This document shows, piece after piece, positions 38,316-47,147 of a stretch of 64,000 nucleotides of DNA. Origin of the DNA: an uncultured candidatus Brocadiaceae bacterium. GTDB taxonomy: Bacteria; Planctomycetota; UBA11346. The stretch is taken from positions 43,317 to 107,316 of the forward strand of contig CAZZAM010000008.1 in NCBI GenBank assembly GCA_964652775.1, in the 5' to 3' direction. A program made the position numbers and the translations under genes. Within the stretch, counting starts at the first letter, position 1; every line of letters begins with the position of its first letter. The notes below the pieces were generated by a model. It did not search any database and had not been told where the DNA came from. It saw only the letters and a program-made list of their open reading frames with translations.

Positions 38316-38546
38316 AGGCGGCTGGTTGCTGGCGAAGTTGACTGTTTTAATGGTCTATCGCTCGTCGTCCGCTGAGTGGGACGGCTTATAGGGGTCGTTT
38401 TCTGGCAAGTCAACGTCATTCTCGGCAATTGGTCGTTTAAAGTTAGTTAAATGCCGACAAGTTGACATAGTTTTATGAAATTGAGGACACAACATTGGTC
38501 TATTTGCGTCAATCTGCCCATGGACCCCAAGGGAAATGGCTCCAAC

Positions 38547-39944
38547 ATGCCGCTCATGAGCCAAAGTCGGCTTGTTGCTCGTGATCTCGCTGTCTTGTGG
38601 CACCCATGCAGCCAAATGACGGACTACCGCGACTTCCCGCCACTGGAGGTCGTCAGTGCCTCGGGCTGCCGCATCAAACTGGCCGACGGGCGCGAGATCC
38701 TCGACGCGGTTTCCTCCTGGTGGTGCAAGAGCCTCGGCCACGGCCACCCCGACATCTCCGCCGCGATCCGCGCCCAGCTCGATCGCTTTGAGCACGTCAT
38801 CCTCGCCAACACGACCAGTGAACTCGTCGTGTCGTTTTGTGAGCGGCTGCTTACTGCCGCCAACGCCGGCTTCACGCAACAACCGCGAACCACGAACCGC
38901 GAACCGCGAACCTTCTCCAAAGTTTTCTTCGCCGAGAACGGATCCACCGCCGTCGAGGTCGCGTTGAAGATGGCGCTGCACGCACAAGCGTTGTGGGGCC
39001 ACCCGCAGCGCACGCACTTCGCCGCGTTGTCCGGAGGCTATCACGGCGAGACCGTCGGCGCGTTGTCGGTTGGGGATCTCGGCCTCTACGCTGATCCCTA
39101 TCGCCCGCTGTTATTTCCGTCGCTGCAACTCGGCCCCCTGCCGTGGCGTAGCGGACCCGAAGATCCGCGCTGGCTTGATGCGAGCGCCGAGTGGCCAGCG
39201 ATCGTACACCAATTACAGACGCAGGCGAACAAACTCGCCGCGATCATCTACGAGCCGATTCTGCAAGGCGCCGGCGGCATGCGCGTGGTCAGTCCAGATC
39301 TGCTGACGCGCCTGCGTGCGTGGGCCGACGCGCACGACGTCCTGCTGATCGCCGACGAGATCGCCGCCGGCATGGGCCGTTGCGGCGCGATACTCGCGTC
39401 GCACCTCGCCACCAACGCCCGGCCCGACATCGCCGTCGTCGGCAAGGGCCTCACCGGCGGCACACTGCCGCTCGCGTGTACGCTCACGACCCAGCGCATC
39501 TATGACACGTTCCTGGGAACATGGGCTGAAAAGCGGGCATTTCTCCACTCAAATACGTTCGCCGGAAATGCCCTCGCGGTCGCAGCGGCCAACGCGGTGC
39601 TGACGGTGTTTGAGCGCGATCGGATCTATGAGCGGGCTACAGAGACGGGCAAGCGGATGCGTTTGGCACTTGCCGACCTCGCGCGCACACGTCCGTGGAT
39701 CGCCAACGTGCGCGGTGTTGGCATGATGGCAGCGTGCGACCTGCGGCGGCGTGATGGATCACCACTTGATCCTGCAGCGCGGACTGGCTTTCAGGTGTAT
39801 CGCGAGGCCGTGCGACGCGGAGCGTTACTCAGGCCGTTGGGGGATACGATGTATGTGATGCCGCCGCTCAATACAGGATGGGGTGACATCGAACGCATGT
39901 TAGTGATTTTAGCCGACAGCACAGATTCGATTGTGAGCCACTGA
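38547..39944 (+). CDS. bioA: adenosylmethionine-8-amino-7-oxononanoate aminotransferase
   Basis: LWHPCSQM, SSWWCKSLGHGHP, GYHGETVGALSVGD, ADEIAAGMGRCG and VGKGLTGGTLPL (PLP Lys) are typical of BioA. The start is among the Mets at 38520, 38547 and 38556. Confidence 0.9.
   Translation: MPLMSQSRLVARDLAVLWHPCSQMTDYRDFPPLEVVSASGCRIKLADGREILDAVSSWWCKSLGHGHPDISAAIRAQLDRFEHVILANTTSELVVSFCERLLTAANAGFTQQPRTTNREPRTFSKVFFAENGSTAVEVALKMALHAQALWGHPQRTHFAALSGGYHGETVGALSVGDLGLYADPYRPLLFPSLQLGPLPWRSGPEDPRWLDASAEWPAIVHQLQTQANKLAAIIYEPILQGAGGMRVVSPDLLTRLRAWADAHDVLLIADEIAAGMGRCGAILASHLATNARPDIAVVGKGLTGGTLPLACTLTTQRIYDTFLGTWAEKRAFLHSNTFAGNALAVAAANAVLTVFERDRIYERATETGKRMRLALADLARTRPWIANVRGVGMMAACDLRRRDGSPLDPAARTGFQVYREAVRRGALLRPLGDTMYVMPPLNTGWGDIERMLVILADSTDSIVSH
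38881..38912 (+). repeat. intragenic tandem heptamer tract (AACCGCG x ~4.5) inside bioA
   Basis: AACCGCG AACCACG AACCGCG AACCGCG AACC, read directly. It is translated in frame as part of ...QQPRTTNREPRTFS..., at a position where BioA sequences I recall (E. coli, B. subtilis) have only a short loop. Confidence 0.8.
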
Positions 39945-39965
39945 CGGCTCAATACAAAGCGGCAT

Positions 39966-40478
39966 ATGACTTTTCCCAGCCTGAAGACACAAATATCATT
40001 GTTAAACCGCGCAGAATATCGATACGACCTACTCGTTTCCAACTTTGCAGAACACTACCTTGAATTAACGCGTGCTAATTACGAACCACGACCAGATATT
40101 GCCGTCTTCACAAATTGGCTACGTCACCTGCATTGTGATATTCGTCCTTCGCTTCTGAATGCATGGGAAGGAATGGCCTCACACTTCGGCTTTGCCCTTG
40201 GGGATAAAATCACTTTGGGTCCCATCACTCTCTACGCCATTCGACTATCCTGCTATCCGTTGGAAGAGATTGTACGCATCGAGGGAATCGCAGCGAAGAA
40301 GGATGGTAAGCCATCGCAGTCGATGCTCACACTCGCTGTTTCAGAGCACTCGCAGATCCAAAGACACGAACAGAAAGTTGGCAAAAACGTTCTTGAACCA
40401 CTCTTGTTCCCTGGGACCACCAGACTCGCAAATGTCCGAAAATTTATTGAAGACGCTACTGCTGGATTGTCGAAATAG
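39966..40478 (+). CDS. hypothetical protein, AT-rich orphan ORF
   Basis: 170-aa ORF in a ~520-bp block visibly lower in GC than the flanking bioA and alaA. No domain recognised. The family I repeat follows 8 nt after the stop. Confidence 0.5.
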   Translation: MTFPSLKTQISLLNRAEYRYDLLVSNFAEHYLELTRANYEPRPDIAVFTNWLRHLHCDIRPSLLNAWEGMASHFGFALGDKITLGPITLYAIRLSCYPLEEIVRIEGIAAKKDGKPSQSMLTLAVSEHSQIQRHEQKVGKNVLEPLLFPGTTRLANVRKFIEDATAGLSK

Positions 40479-40485
40479 ACACGCG

Positions 40486-40516
40486 CAGCCACGCTGGAGC
40501 GTGGCGTTCCCAGGCC
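40486..40516. repeat. 31-nt hairpin repeat (family I, copy 2)
   Basis: CAGCCACGCTGGAGCGTGGCGTTCCCAGGCC is identical to 5398-5428. Confidence 0.85.
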
Positions 40517-40569
40517 GCTGGAACACAGATAAATATCGGGTAGCTTCCCACCCTTCCCCGAAGGTTCCC

Positions 40570-41799
40570 ATGACCCTGCAGCGTATACCCACCTCCGATT
40601 CGCTCGCCAACGTCCGCTATGAAATTCGCGGGGCGCTGGCTACGCGTTCGGTTGAGCTGGAGCGGCAGGGACACCAGATCATCAAGATGAACGTGGGGAA
40701 TCCCGGTCTGTTCGGGTTCCGTGCGCCGGATAACATTCAGCGCGCGATCGCCGCGAGTCTGCCACAGTCCGATCCATATTCGCACCAGAAGGGCATCATG
40801 CCCGCGCGCGAGGCGGTGGTGAAGCAGCAGCACCAACGCGGTGTGACCGACGTGACCACTGATGATGTGTTCATCGGTAACGGCGTGTCCGAGTTGATCC
40901 TCATTTGTCTGCGCGGCCTGCTCAGTGCTGGTGACGAAGTATTGATCCCCAGCCCTGACTATCCGTTGTGGACGGCTGCGACCACGCTGGCCCTCGGCAA
41001 GGCGGTTCACTATCCGTGTCGGCGCGAGAACGGTTACGTGCCCGATCCAGCCGACGTTGCGAAGCTGGTCACGCCGCGCACGCGGGCGATCGTTATTATT
41101 TCACCGAACAATCCGACCGGCGCGGTGTATCCAAAAGCCGTCATCGAACAGCTCGTCGCGATCGCTGAAGAACGCGGCCTGGTCGTGTTCTCGGACGAAA
41201 TCTACGACGACATCACCTACGATGGCGCGGTCCACACGCCGGTCGCAACGGTGTGCAAGCAGACGCTGTGCGCGACCTTCGGCGGTCTGTCGAAAGTCTA
41301 TCGCTCGTGCGGCTACCGCGTCGGCTGGGTGTCGTTCAGCGGCGCGAAGGCTGCGGCGAAGGATTACATGGCCGCGCTCGATTTGCTGTGCGCGCTCCGG
41401 CTCTGTTCGAACGTGCCAGGACAATTCGCGGTCGCGCCTGCGCTCAACGAAAAATCTTCGATTGGCGAATTGATCAAGCCCGGTGGACGCCTCTACGAGA
41501 CGCGCCGCGCGGTCATCGACGGTCTCGCGAAGTCGAAGTTGTTTGAAACCGTGACGCCGGCTGGCGCGCTGTACGCGTTCGTTCGCCTCAAGCCCGGTCT
41601 GCTGCCTGGCTTTGACGATCAGAAATTCGCCTTCGATTTGCTGGAGAAATACCACATTTTGGTCACCCCCGGCAACGGCTTCAACGTGCCCTACCGCGAC
41701 GGCATCCGACTGACCCTGTTGCCCGAAGCGGCGACCATGACCAAGGTAATCGCCACTCTCGATGAGGCCGCGACGGCGTATGCAACTGCCGCCCGCTGA
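40570..41799 (+). CDS. alaA: PLP-dependent aminotransferase, AlaA/YfbQ (alanine aminotransferase) family
   Basis: NVRYEIRG...IIKMNVGNPGLFGF, SPNNPTG and GGLSKVYRSCGYRVGW (the SK..R PLP-Lys region). The start is the MTLQRIP Met at 40570; the track's 40159 start runs through the orphan ORF and repeat I2. Confidence 0.8.
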   Translation: MTLQRIPTSDSLANVRYEIRGALATRSVELERQGHQIIKMNVGNPGLFGFRAPDNIQRAIAASLPQSDPYSHQKGIMPAREAVVKQQHQRGVTDVTTDDVFIGNGVSELILICLRGLLSAGDEVLIPSPDYPLWTAATTLALGKAVHYPCRRENGYVPDPADVAKLVTPRTRAIVIISPNNPTGAVYPKAVIEQLVAIAEERGLVVFSDEIYDDITYDGAVHTPVATVCKQTLCATFGGLSKVYRSCGYRVGWVSFSGAKAAAKDYMAALDLLCALRLCSNVPGQFAVAPALNEKSSIGELIKPGGRLYETRRAVIDGLAKSKLFETVTPAGALYAFVRLKPGLLPGFDDQKFAFDLLEKYHILVTPGNGFNVPYRDGIRLTLLPEAATMTKVIATLDEAATAYATAAR

Positions 41800-42238
41800 C
41801 GCTCACCAACGCGCTGAGGCCGAACGGATTCTCAATCTGTACGGCGGGAATCCGCAGGGCCTCGCGAAAGCGCTGGAGCTGCTGCACAGTCAATTCGCCA
41901 CCATGCAGGCGCGCACGCAGTTGCTGCTGACCTTGGCCACGATCACCATGACGATCACCGGCTTTTCCGGCCATCAGATGGCCAAGAGTGGTTTCTTCGC
42001 CTCGCTGGCGATGGCCGTCGGCCTGATCTGCGTCCTCGTCTCGGTGCTTTTGATGATGGCAAGTCTGCGCGTGCATTGGCTCAGTCAGTTCGATGAAGGT
42101 GATCCAGTTGCGACCGTTGCTGCAATAATTTCGTACCGCGACAGCAAAACCTGCCGCTACCGAATTCAGATTACTCTGCTCGCGTCAGGACTTGCGTGTT
42201 ACGTCGCTGCGGTCGTGGCGTATTTGATCGCGCCGTAG
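41780..42238 (+). CDS. hypothetical 3-TM membrane protein
   Basis: About 152 aa: a soluble N-terminal helix (ELLHSQFATMQARTQ), then two adjacent TM helices and a third C-terminal TM after SYRDSKTCRYRI. It overlaps the alaA 3' end by ~20-38 nt depending on the start. Confidence 0.4.
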   Translation: MQLPPADAHQRAEAERILNLYGGNPQGLAKALELLHSQFATMQARTQLLLTLATITMTITGFSGHQMAKSGFFASLAMAVGLICVLVSVLLMMASLRVHWLSQFDEGDPVATVAAIISYRDSKTCRYRIQITLLASGLACYVAAVVAYLIAP

Positions 42239-42240
42239 TG

Positions 42241-45200
42241 CTAGGCTTTCGCGATTACGTAGCGCACGACACGCCCGTTGATGTCGGCCTGCTGGGTACC
42301 GTCACCACGAGTAAAGCTGGTCGCGAGCACTTCGCCGGCAATGTACGCGGCGTGGCGTTCGATGGCGGCGGCGAGTTCCGCGTCATCGCTGCTCCAGGTC
42401 ACGCGGATACGATCGCTGACTTCGAGGCCGGCGTCTTTGCGGGCTTGCTGAAGGACGCTGACGAATTCGCGGGCGTAGCCTTCGGCGATTAATTCCGGAT
42501 TGAGCGCAGTGTCGAGGGCGACGGTGACAGAGCCAGAACTGGCAACGACACTGCCGGGCTTGGGCTGGCGTTGCAGCAACACGTCGGTGGTGCCGACAGA
42601 GACACCAGCGATCTCAACGCTGCGGCCAGCTTCGATTTCGGCAACTTCGGAGAAACTCCACGACGACAGCGCGGCGCCGATTTCTTTGAGCTTCGGACCG
42701 GCACGCGTCCGCAAAGCAGCGAAGTTCGGCTTGACCGAGATTGAGCAGAACGCGGCTTCGTCAGGCGACACGTTGATCGCCTTCACGTTGAGTTCGCTCG
42801 ACAATTCTTTGGCGAAACGCTGGGCAGCGGCGCGCACCTGCGGATCGCGTGAAACCACGGTCAGCGCGGCGAGCGGCTGACGGATCTTGAGCTTGCTGTC
42901 TTCGCGCAGCTTGCGACCGAGCGTGGCGACGGTGAAGGTCACTGCGGCATCGCGCTCTAACGCTTCGTCAATGAGAGCGGCATCGGGCTGCGGGTAGTCG
43001 CACCAATGCACTGACTTCGGGGCCTGCGGATCGACGGCGACAACGAGGCGCTGATGCACTTCCTCGGTGAGAAACGGCATGAACGGGGCCAGGACTTTGG
43101 CGAAGGTCGTCAGCACTTGGTAGAGCGTGGCGTAGGCATCGCACTGATCCTGCTTGTCTTCACTCTTCCAGAAACGCGCACGATTCCAGCGCACGTAGCC
43201 GTTAGTTAGCTCGTTGATGAACGCATCGAGGCGCGGCACCACGTTATAGAGACGATAGCCTTCCATCTCGCGGTGGACGTCGCGGATAAGCGACTGCATG
43301 AGTGACACGATCCAGCGATCGAGGACGTGACACTGACCGACCGGGCGCGGCTTCGCGGTGCGCGGATCCCAATTATCGACCGAGGCGTAGGTGGTGAAGA
43401 ATGACAGCGCGTTCCAGTACGGCAGAACAACCGTGCGGACGATTTCCGACAGACCCTTCTCGGAGAAGCGCATCGGTTCGGCGCGCACCACCGGCGAATC
43501 GATCAGGTAGGCGCGCAGCGCGTCGGCACCGAATTGGTCGAGAACAACTGCAGGATCCGGGTAATTCTTCTTCGACTTCGACATCTTCGCGCCGTCTTCG
43601 GCGAGAATCATGCCGTTGACAACGACGTTGCGGAACGCCGGCTTGTCGAATAGCGCCGTTGAAAGCACGAGCAGCGAATAAAACCAGCCACGCGTTTGAT
43701 CCAAACCCTCAGCAATGAATTGCGCCGGGAAGGTCGCGTCGAACGCGGCTTTATTCTCGTACGGATAGTGCTTCTGACCGTAGGGCATCGCGCCGCTTTC
43801 AAACCAGCAGTCGAGGACTTCCGGCGTACGGCGATAGGCTTTGCCATCGCGCTTGATCTCGACCTTGTCGAGGAAGTGTTTGTGCAAGTCGGTGATCGTT
43901 GCGCCAGACAGCTTCTCCAACTCGGCAACCGAACCAACACAGATCTGATCCGTCGGATCAGCGACGTTGATCCAGATCGGCAAGCACGAACCCCAGAAAC
44001 GATTGCGACTGATGTTCCAGTCCGGGCCGTCGGCAATGAAGTTGCCGAAGCGATTGGCACCGATCGCCTCGGGAACCCAGTGGATCGTCTTGTTCAGCTC
44101 GACCATGCGCGGGCGCAGATCGGCGACGCGGATGTACCACGCATCCATCGCACGGTAGATCAGTGGACCGCCGGTGCGTTCGCAGAATGGATAGCTGTGA
44201 ACGATCGTGGACTGATGGAACAGTTTACCTTCGTCCTTGAGGCGCTTGATGATCGCCTTGTCGGCATCTTTGCAGAATTGGCCAGCGTATTCGGGCACTT
44301 TATCAGTGAACGCGCACTGTTCATCGAGCGGATCGACGATGCCGATGCCGGCAGCACGGCAGATGCGGTAGTCGTCTTCGCCATAAGCCGGTGCCATGTG
44401 GACGATGCCGGTGCCGTCACCGGTGGTGACGAAGTTGTCGGTGAGGATACGAAATGCGTTGGGCGTATCGGCAAAGTAGGGGAATAGCGGTTCGTAGCCA
44501 TCTACGCACAACTGTACCAGATGCCTGCCTTTGTAATCCATGCCGTTGTCGATGTATTCATCTTTCGACTTGAAGTATCGTGGCAGGGCATCCCTAGCTA
44601 AAATGTAATGCGCGCCGTCGCGACGATCTGCCACCATCGCGTAATCAACTTCGGGTCCGACACACAGCGCGAGATTCTCCGGCAAAGTCCAGGGCGTCGT
44701 TGTCCAAGCGAGAAAATATACTGGTGGTGTTACGTCTTCACCCGAACCAACCTTCTTTGCGCTGATCAACGGCGTGCCACGCAGCTTAAACTTCACTGTC
44801 ACCGCCGGATCCTGCACATCCTGATAATTATTTCCCGCTTCGAAGTTCGACAGCGGCGTGGTCAGCTTCGGGCTGTACGGCATGACGCGGTGCGCTTTAT
44901 AAACCCGCTGCTTGTCCCACAGCTGCTTGAACACCCACCACACCGACTCCATGAATTTTTTATCCATGGTCTTGTAATCGTTGTCGAAATCGACCCAGCG
45001 ACCCATGCGGGTGACGGTTTTGCGCCACTCGTTGACGTAGGTCTGGACCATGCTGCGGCATTGCTCGTTGAACTTATCGACGCCATGGGCGCGGATCTCG
45101 GGCGCGCCGTTGAGCTTCAGTTCTTTTTGCGCAAGGTTTTCGATCGGCAGACCGTGGCAGTCCCAGCCGAAACGACGATCGACGTGATGGCCGCGCATCG

Positions 45201-45429
45201 ACCAGTAACGCGGGACGATGTCCTTGATGGTTCCGGCAAGCAGATGGCCGTAGTGCGGCGTGCCGGTGGCGAAGGGCGGGCCGTCGTAGAACACGAACTC
45301 GGGGCCGCCTTGCGCTTTGCGGCGACGATTCGACTCATGGAAGGCGTCGAGGCGCTGCCACAATTCGAGAATGCGCTCCTCGACCTCGGGGAGGCGAACC
45401 TGGGCGGGAACCTTGGCGAACGTGCTCAT
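42241..45429 (-). CDS. ileS: isoleucyl-tRNA synthetase (type 2, long form)
   Basis: HIGH motif (PHYGHLL), KMSKS (KMSKSKKN), a CP1 editing domain and a ~1060-aa length with a type-2 C-terminus. The start is probably the MSTFAK Met at 45429. Confidence 0.95.
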   Translation of the reverse strand: MSTFAKVPAQVRLPEVEERILELWQRLDAFHESNRRRKAQGGPEFVFYDGPPFATGTPHYGHLLAGTIKDIVPRYWSMRGHHVDRRFGWDCHGLPIENLAQKELKLNGAPEIRAHGVDKFNEQCRSMVQTYVNEWRKTVTRMGRWVDFDNDYKTMDKKFMESVWWVFKQLWDKQRVYKAHRVMPYSPKLTTPLSNFEAGNNYQDVQDPAVTVKFKLRGTPLISAKKVGSGEDVTPPVYFLAWTTTPWTLPENLALCVGPEVDYAMVADRRDGAHYILARDALPRYFKSKDEYIDNGMDYKGRHLVQLCVDGYEPLFPYFADTPNAFRILTDNFVTTGDGTGIVHMAPAYGEDDYRICRAAGIGIVDPLDEQCAFTDKVPEYAGQFCKDADKAIIKRLKDEGKLFHQSTIVHSYPFCERTGGPLIYRAMDAWYIRVADLRPRMVELNKTIHWVPEAIGANRFGNFIADGPDWNISRNRFWGSCLPIWINVADPTDQICVGSVAELEKLSGATITDLHKHFLDKVEIKRDGKAYRRTPEVLDCWFESGAMPYGQKHYPYENKAAFDATFPAQFIAEGLDQTRGWFYSLLVLSTALFDKPAFRNVVVNGMILAEDGAKMSKSKKNYPDPAVVLDQFGADALRAYLIDSPVVRAEPMRFSEKGLSEIVRTVVLPYWNALSFFTTYASVDNWDPRTAKPRPVGQCHVLDRWIVSLMQSLIRDVHREMEGYRLYNVVPRLDAFINELTNGYVRWNRARFWKSEDKQDQCDAYATLYQVLTTFAKVLAPFMPFLTEEVHQRLVVAVDPQAPKSVHWCDYPQPDAALIDEALERDAAVTFTVATLGRKLREDSKLKIRQPLAALTVVSRDPQVRAAAQRFAKELSSELNVKAINVSPDEAAFCSISVKPNFAALRTRAGPKLKEIGAALSSWSFSEVAEIEAGRSVEIAGVSVGTTDVLLQRQPKPGSVVASSGSVTVALDTALNPELIAEGYAREFVSVLQQARKDAGLEVSDRIRVTWSSDDAELAAAIERHAAYIAGEVLATSFTRGDGTQQADINGRVVRYVIAKA

Positions 45430-45494
45430 GGGGCGGGGAAGGTAGCGGGTAACATGCGTCACCCAAGAGGCAGGATTGGGCAGAAATGCAACGT

Positions 45495-45555
45495 GAATGT
45501 CAAATGCTGGAATGCTGGAATGCTGGAATGCTGGAATGACGAATACGCGAATGTC
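45495..45555. repeat. solo octamer-arm array (family A) without a clear inverted partner
   Basis: GAATGTCAAATGCTGGAATGCTGGAATGCTGGAATGCTGGAATGACGAATACGCGAATGTC. Only a single GAGCATTC word lies downstream. It sits between divergent ileS and the next gene. Confidence 0.75.
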
Positions 45556-45623
45556 TCAACTGGCGACTCGCCACGGAGCATTCGCCACTGGTGCAAAGGC
45601 ATAAGCATGATCATGCTGCGCCC

Positions 45624-46631
45624 GTGCGCTGGATTCTTCTTCTCTGTGCTGTTTGCCTTCTGTCGGCTGTCGACATGCCGCCGAGTCCGTCCACCGTACC
45701 CGGCATCCGCATTTGGCCGAATCCCAGCATCACGCATTGGCCGGCGATCGCGATTGAGGGCGAGACGCGCAACGTCGCGTTCAGTATTCCGGTCAAGCAG
45801 CCCGGCGCGAAGGCCGAGTTGGGCTGGGAGGGCGACAAGCCGATCGAACTCACCCTGCCGAAAGATGCCGAGCGCGCGAGCGGCCTCATGGATCTCGCGT
45901 TGAAACCGGGTGTACGCAAACTGCGCATCGCGCTGGCCGATGTTGATCAGCGTCTGCCGATCCGGGTCGTCGATGCGATCGGGGTATGGCCACTTGCTCG
46001 CTTGATCGACGGCTATCCGGTCGATGCGGCCGGCGTGCCGGTGGTGCTGCTGGATCATCAACGACCGGCCGGTGGCGAACGCACGTGGGCCATGCTCAAA
46101 GACGAACTACCGCGACCGAGCGGACGCGCGCTGATCGTCGGCGATCCACTGGCTGCGATGGGCGCAACCGCGTGGGACGGACTCGATGCTGACACACGGC
46201 CAGCCACCGATCTCATCAAACCGCATCACGCGTGTCTGGTCGCCTTGGCCAAACTGCCCGATCCCCTGCCGCGCAGCATCATCTGGTGCCCAGGCAACGG
46301 CGCGATCCGGCACGGCGAACCCGACCCCGAGGAGGTTCGCTTGATTGCCGTCCTGCGCACCCGTTTTGAGGCTATGGGCGTGCGACCCATCCTATTCTTG
46401 GCACTGCCCCCGCTCCCGGTCGAGGCTCATCTGCAAACCGCCAACCAACGCCGACGTGAAGACCTCATTGCCGAGGCCGACCGCTGTGGCTGGAAGTGCC
46501 TTGATCTCGCCCACGCCGCCGGACCCGCCGATGCCGCCAATCGCGTCGGCAATCAGGCCTTTACCACCTACCCCTTGGGCCAAGCCCAGGCCAGGATGCG
46601 GGAACTACTGGCGATGGCCTTGGGGAAGTAG
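45624..46631 (+). CDS. hypothetical secreted protein (C-terminal half weakly SGNH-hydrolase-like)
   Basis: A GTG at 45624 gives the signal peptide MRWILLLCAVCLLSAV. The C-terminal half has ALIVGDPLA and IIWCPGNG blocks reminiscent of SGNH folds but without the GDS Ser. Weak. Confidence 0.4.
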   Translation: MRWILLLCAVCLLSAVDMPPSPSTVPGIRIWPNPSITHWPAIAIEGETRNVAFSIPVKQPGAKAELGWEGDKPIELTLPKDAERASGLMDLALKPGVRKLRIALADVDQRLPIRVVDAIGVWPLARLIDGYPVDAAGVPVVLLDHQRPAGGERTWAMLKDELPRPSGRALIVGDPLAAMGATAWDGLDADTRPATDLIKPHHACLVALAKLPDPLPRSIIWCPGNGAIRHGEPDPEEVRLIAVLRTRFEAMGVRPILFLALPPLPVEAHLQTANQRRREDLIAEADRCGWKCLDLAHAAGPADAANRVGNQAFTTYPLGQAQARMRELLAMALGK

Positions 46632-46636
46632 GCGCA

Positions 46637-46774
46637 AAATGTCGAATGCTGGAATGCTGGAATGCTGGAATACCGCAGGTGACCGACGTTTGGTAGACCC
46701 TGCCAAGGAAGTCAGAGCCCCGATCCCCATTCGAACATGCCAGCATTCCAGCATTCCAACATTTGAGGCATTCC
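46637..46774. repeat. octamer-arm hairpin (family A)
   Basis: Left arm AAATGTCGAATGCTGGAATGCTGGAATGCTGGAATA (46637-46672) pairs with right arm CATTCGAACATGCCAGCATTCCAGCATTCCAACATTTGAGGCATTCC (46728-46774). Confidence 0.85.
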
Positions 46775-46811
46775 CTACCCGGTACTTGCCGTCACCGGAC
46801 CCTCGAGTAGC

Positions 46812-47147
46812 TTGCGACCCATGCGCAACCCGACCCTCCTCGCTCTTGCCTCCGTCGCCTTCCTCGTCGCCGCTGGATGCCAGGACCGGGCCAACCTCCG
46901 CGAACTGCCCGATCGTCAGGGCCATGCCTATCGCACAGAAGGTGCTGAGCGTCCGCTCGCAAACCAGACCGCGCCGTACCAAGACGAACAAACGTACACC
47001 GTTACTGGCAGCGACACGTTGATACTCGTGTCCAAGAAGTTCAACACCACCGTTGACGCGATCGTCCGCCGTAACGACCTTCAGACCAATATCCTCACGC
47101 CTGGCCAGGTTCTGATCGTTAAGAAGCTGGGCGCTCCCACCAAGTGA
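46812..47147 (+). CDS. LysM domain lipoprotein
   Basis: Lipobox LVAAGC after a signal sequence, and a C-terminal LysM (YTVTGSDTLILVSKKFNTTVDAIVRRNDL...LTPGQVLIV). Confidence 0.75.
   Translation: MRPMRNPTLLALASVAFLVAAGCQDRANLRELPDRQGHAYRTEGAERPLANQTAPYQDEQTYTVTGSDTLILVSKKFNTTVDAIVRRNDLQTNILTPGQVLIVKKLGAPTK

Noticed and set aside
40159-41799. 546-aa version of the aminotransferase ORF (likewise the long N-terminal versions 25264-26394, 8517-9464, 13352-14575, 4701-5330, 50427-51542, 32709-34073 and 14617-15897)
   Set aside because: The N-terminal extensions run through repeats, neighbouring genes or antisense regions. Homology-type motifs begin only at the internal Met/GTG starts reported in the features.
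45495-45555. Possible CRISPR array (regularly repeated short words)
   Set aside because: The units are 7-8 nt and directly abutting, with no spacers and no cas genes. This is a tandem repeat, not a CRISPR array.
44608-45903. 431-aa ORF antisense to ileS and running into the next gene
   Set aside because: It is a shadow ORF of a high-GC gene with no motifs. It also crosses the family A repeat array and overlaps a better-supported signal-peptide ORF.
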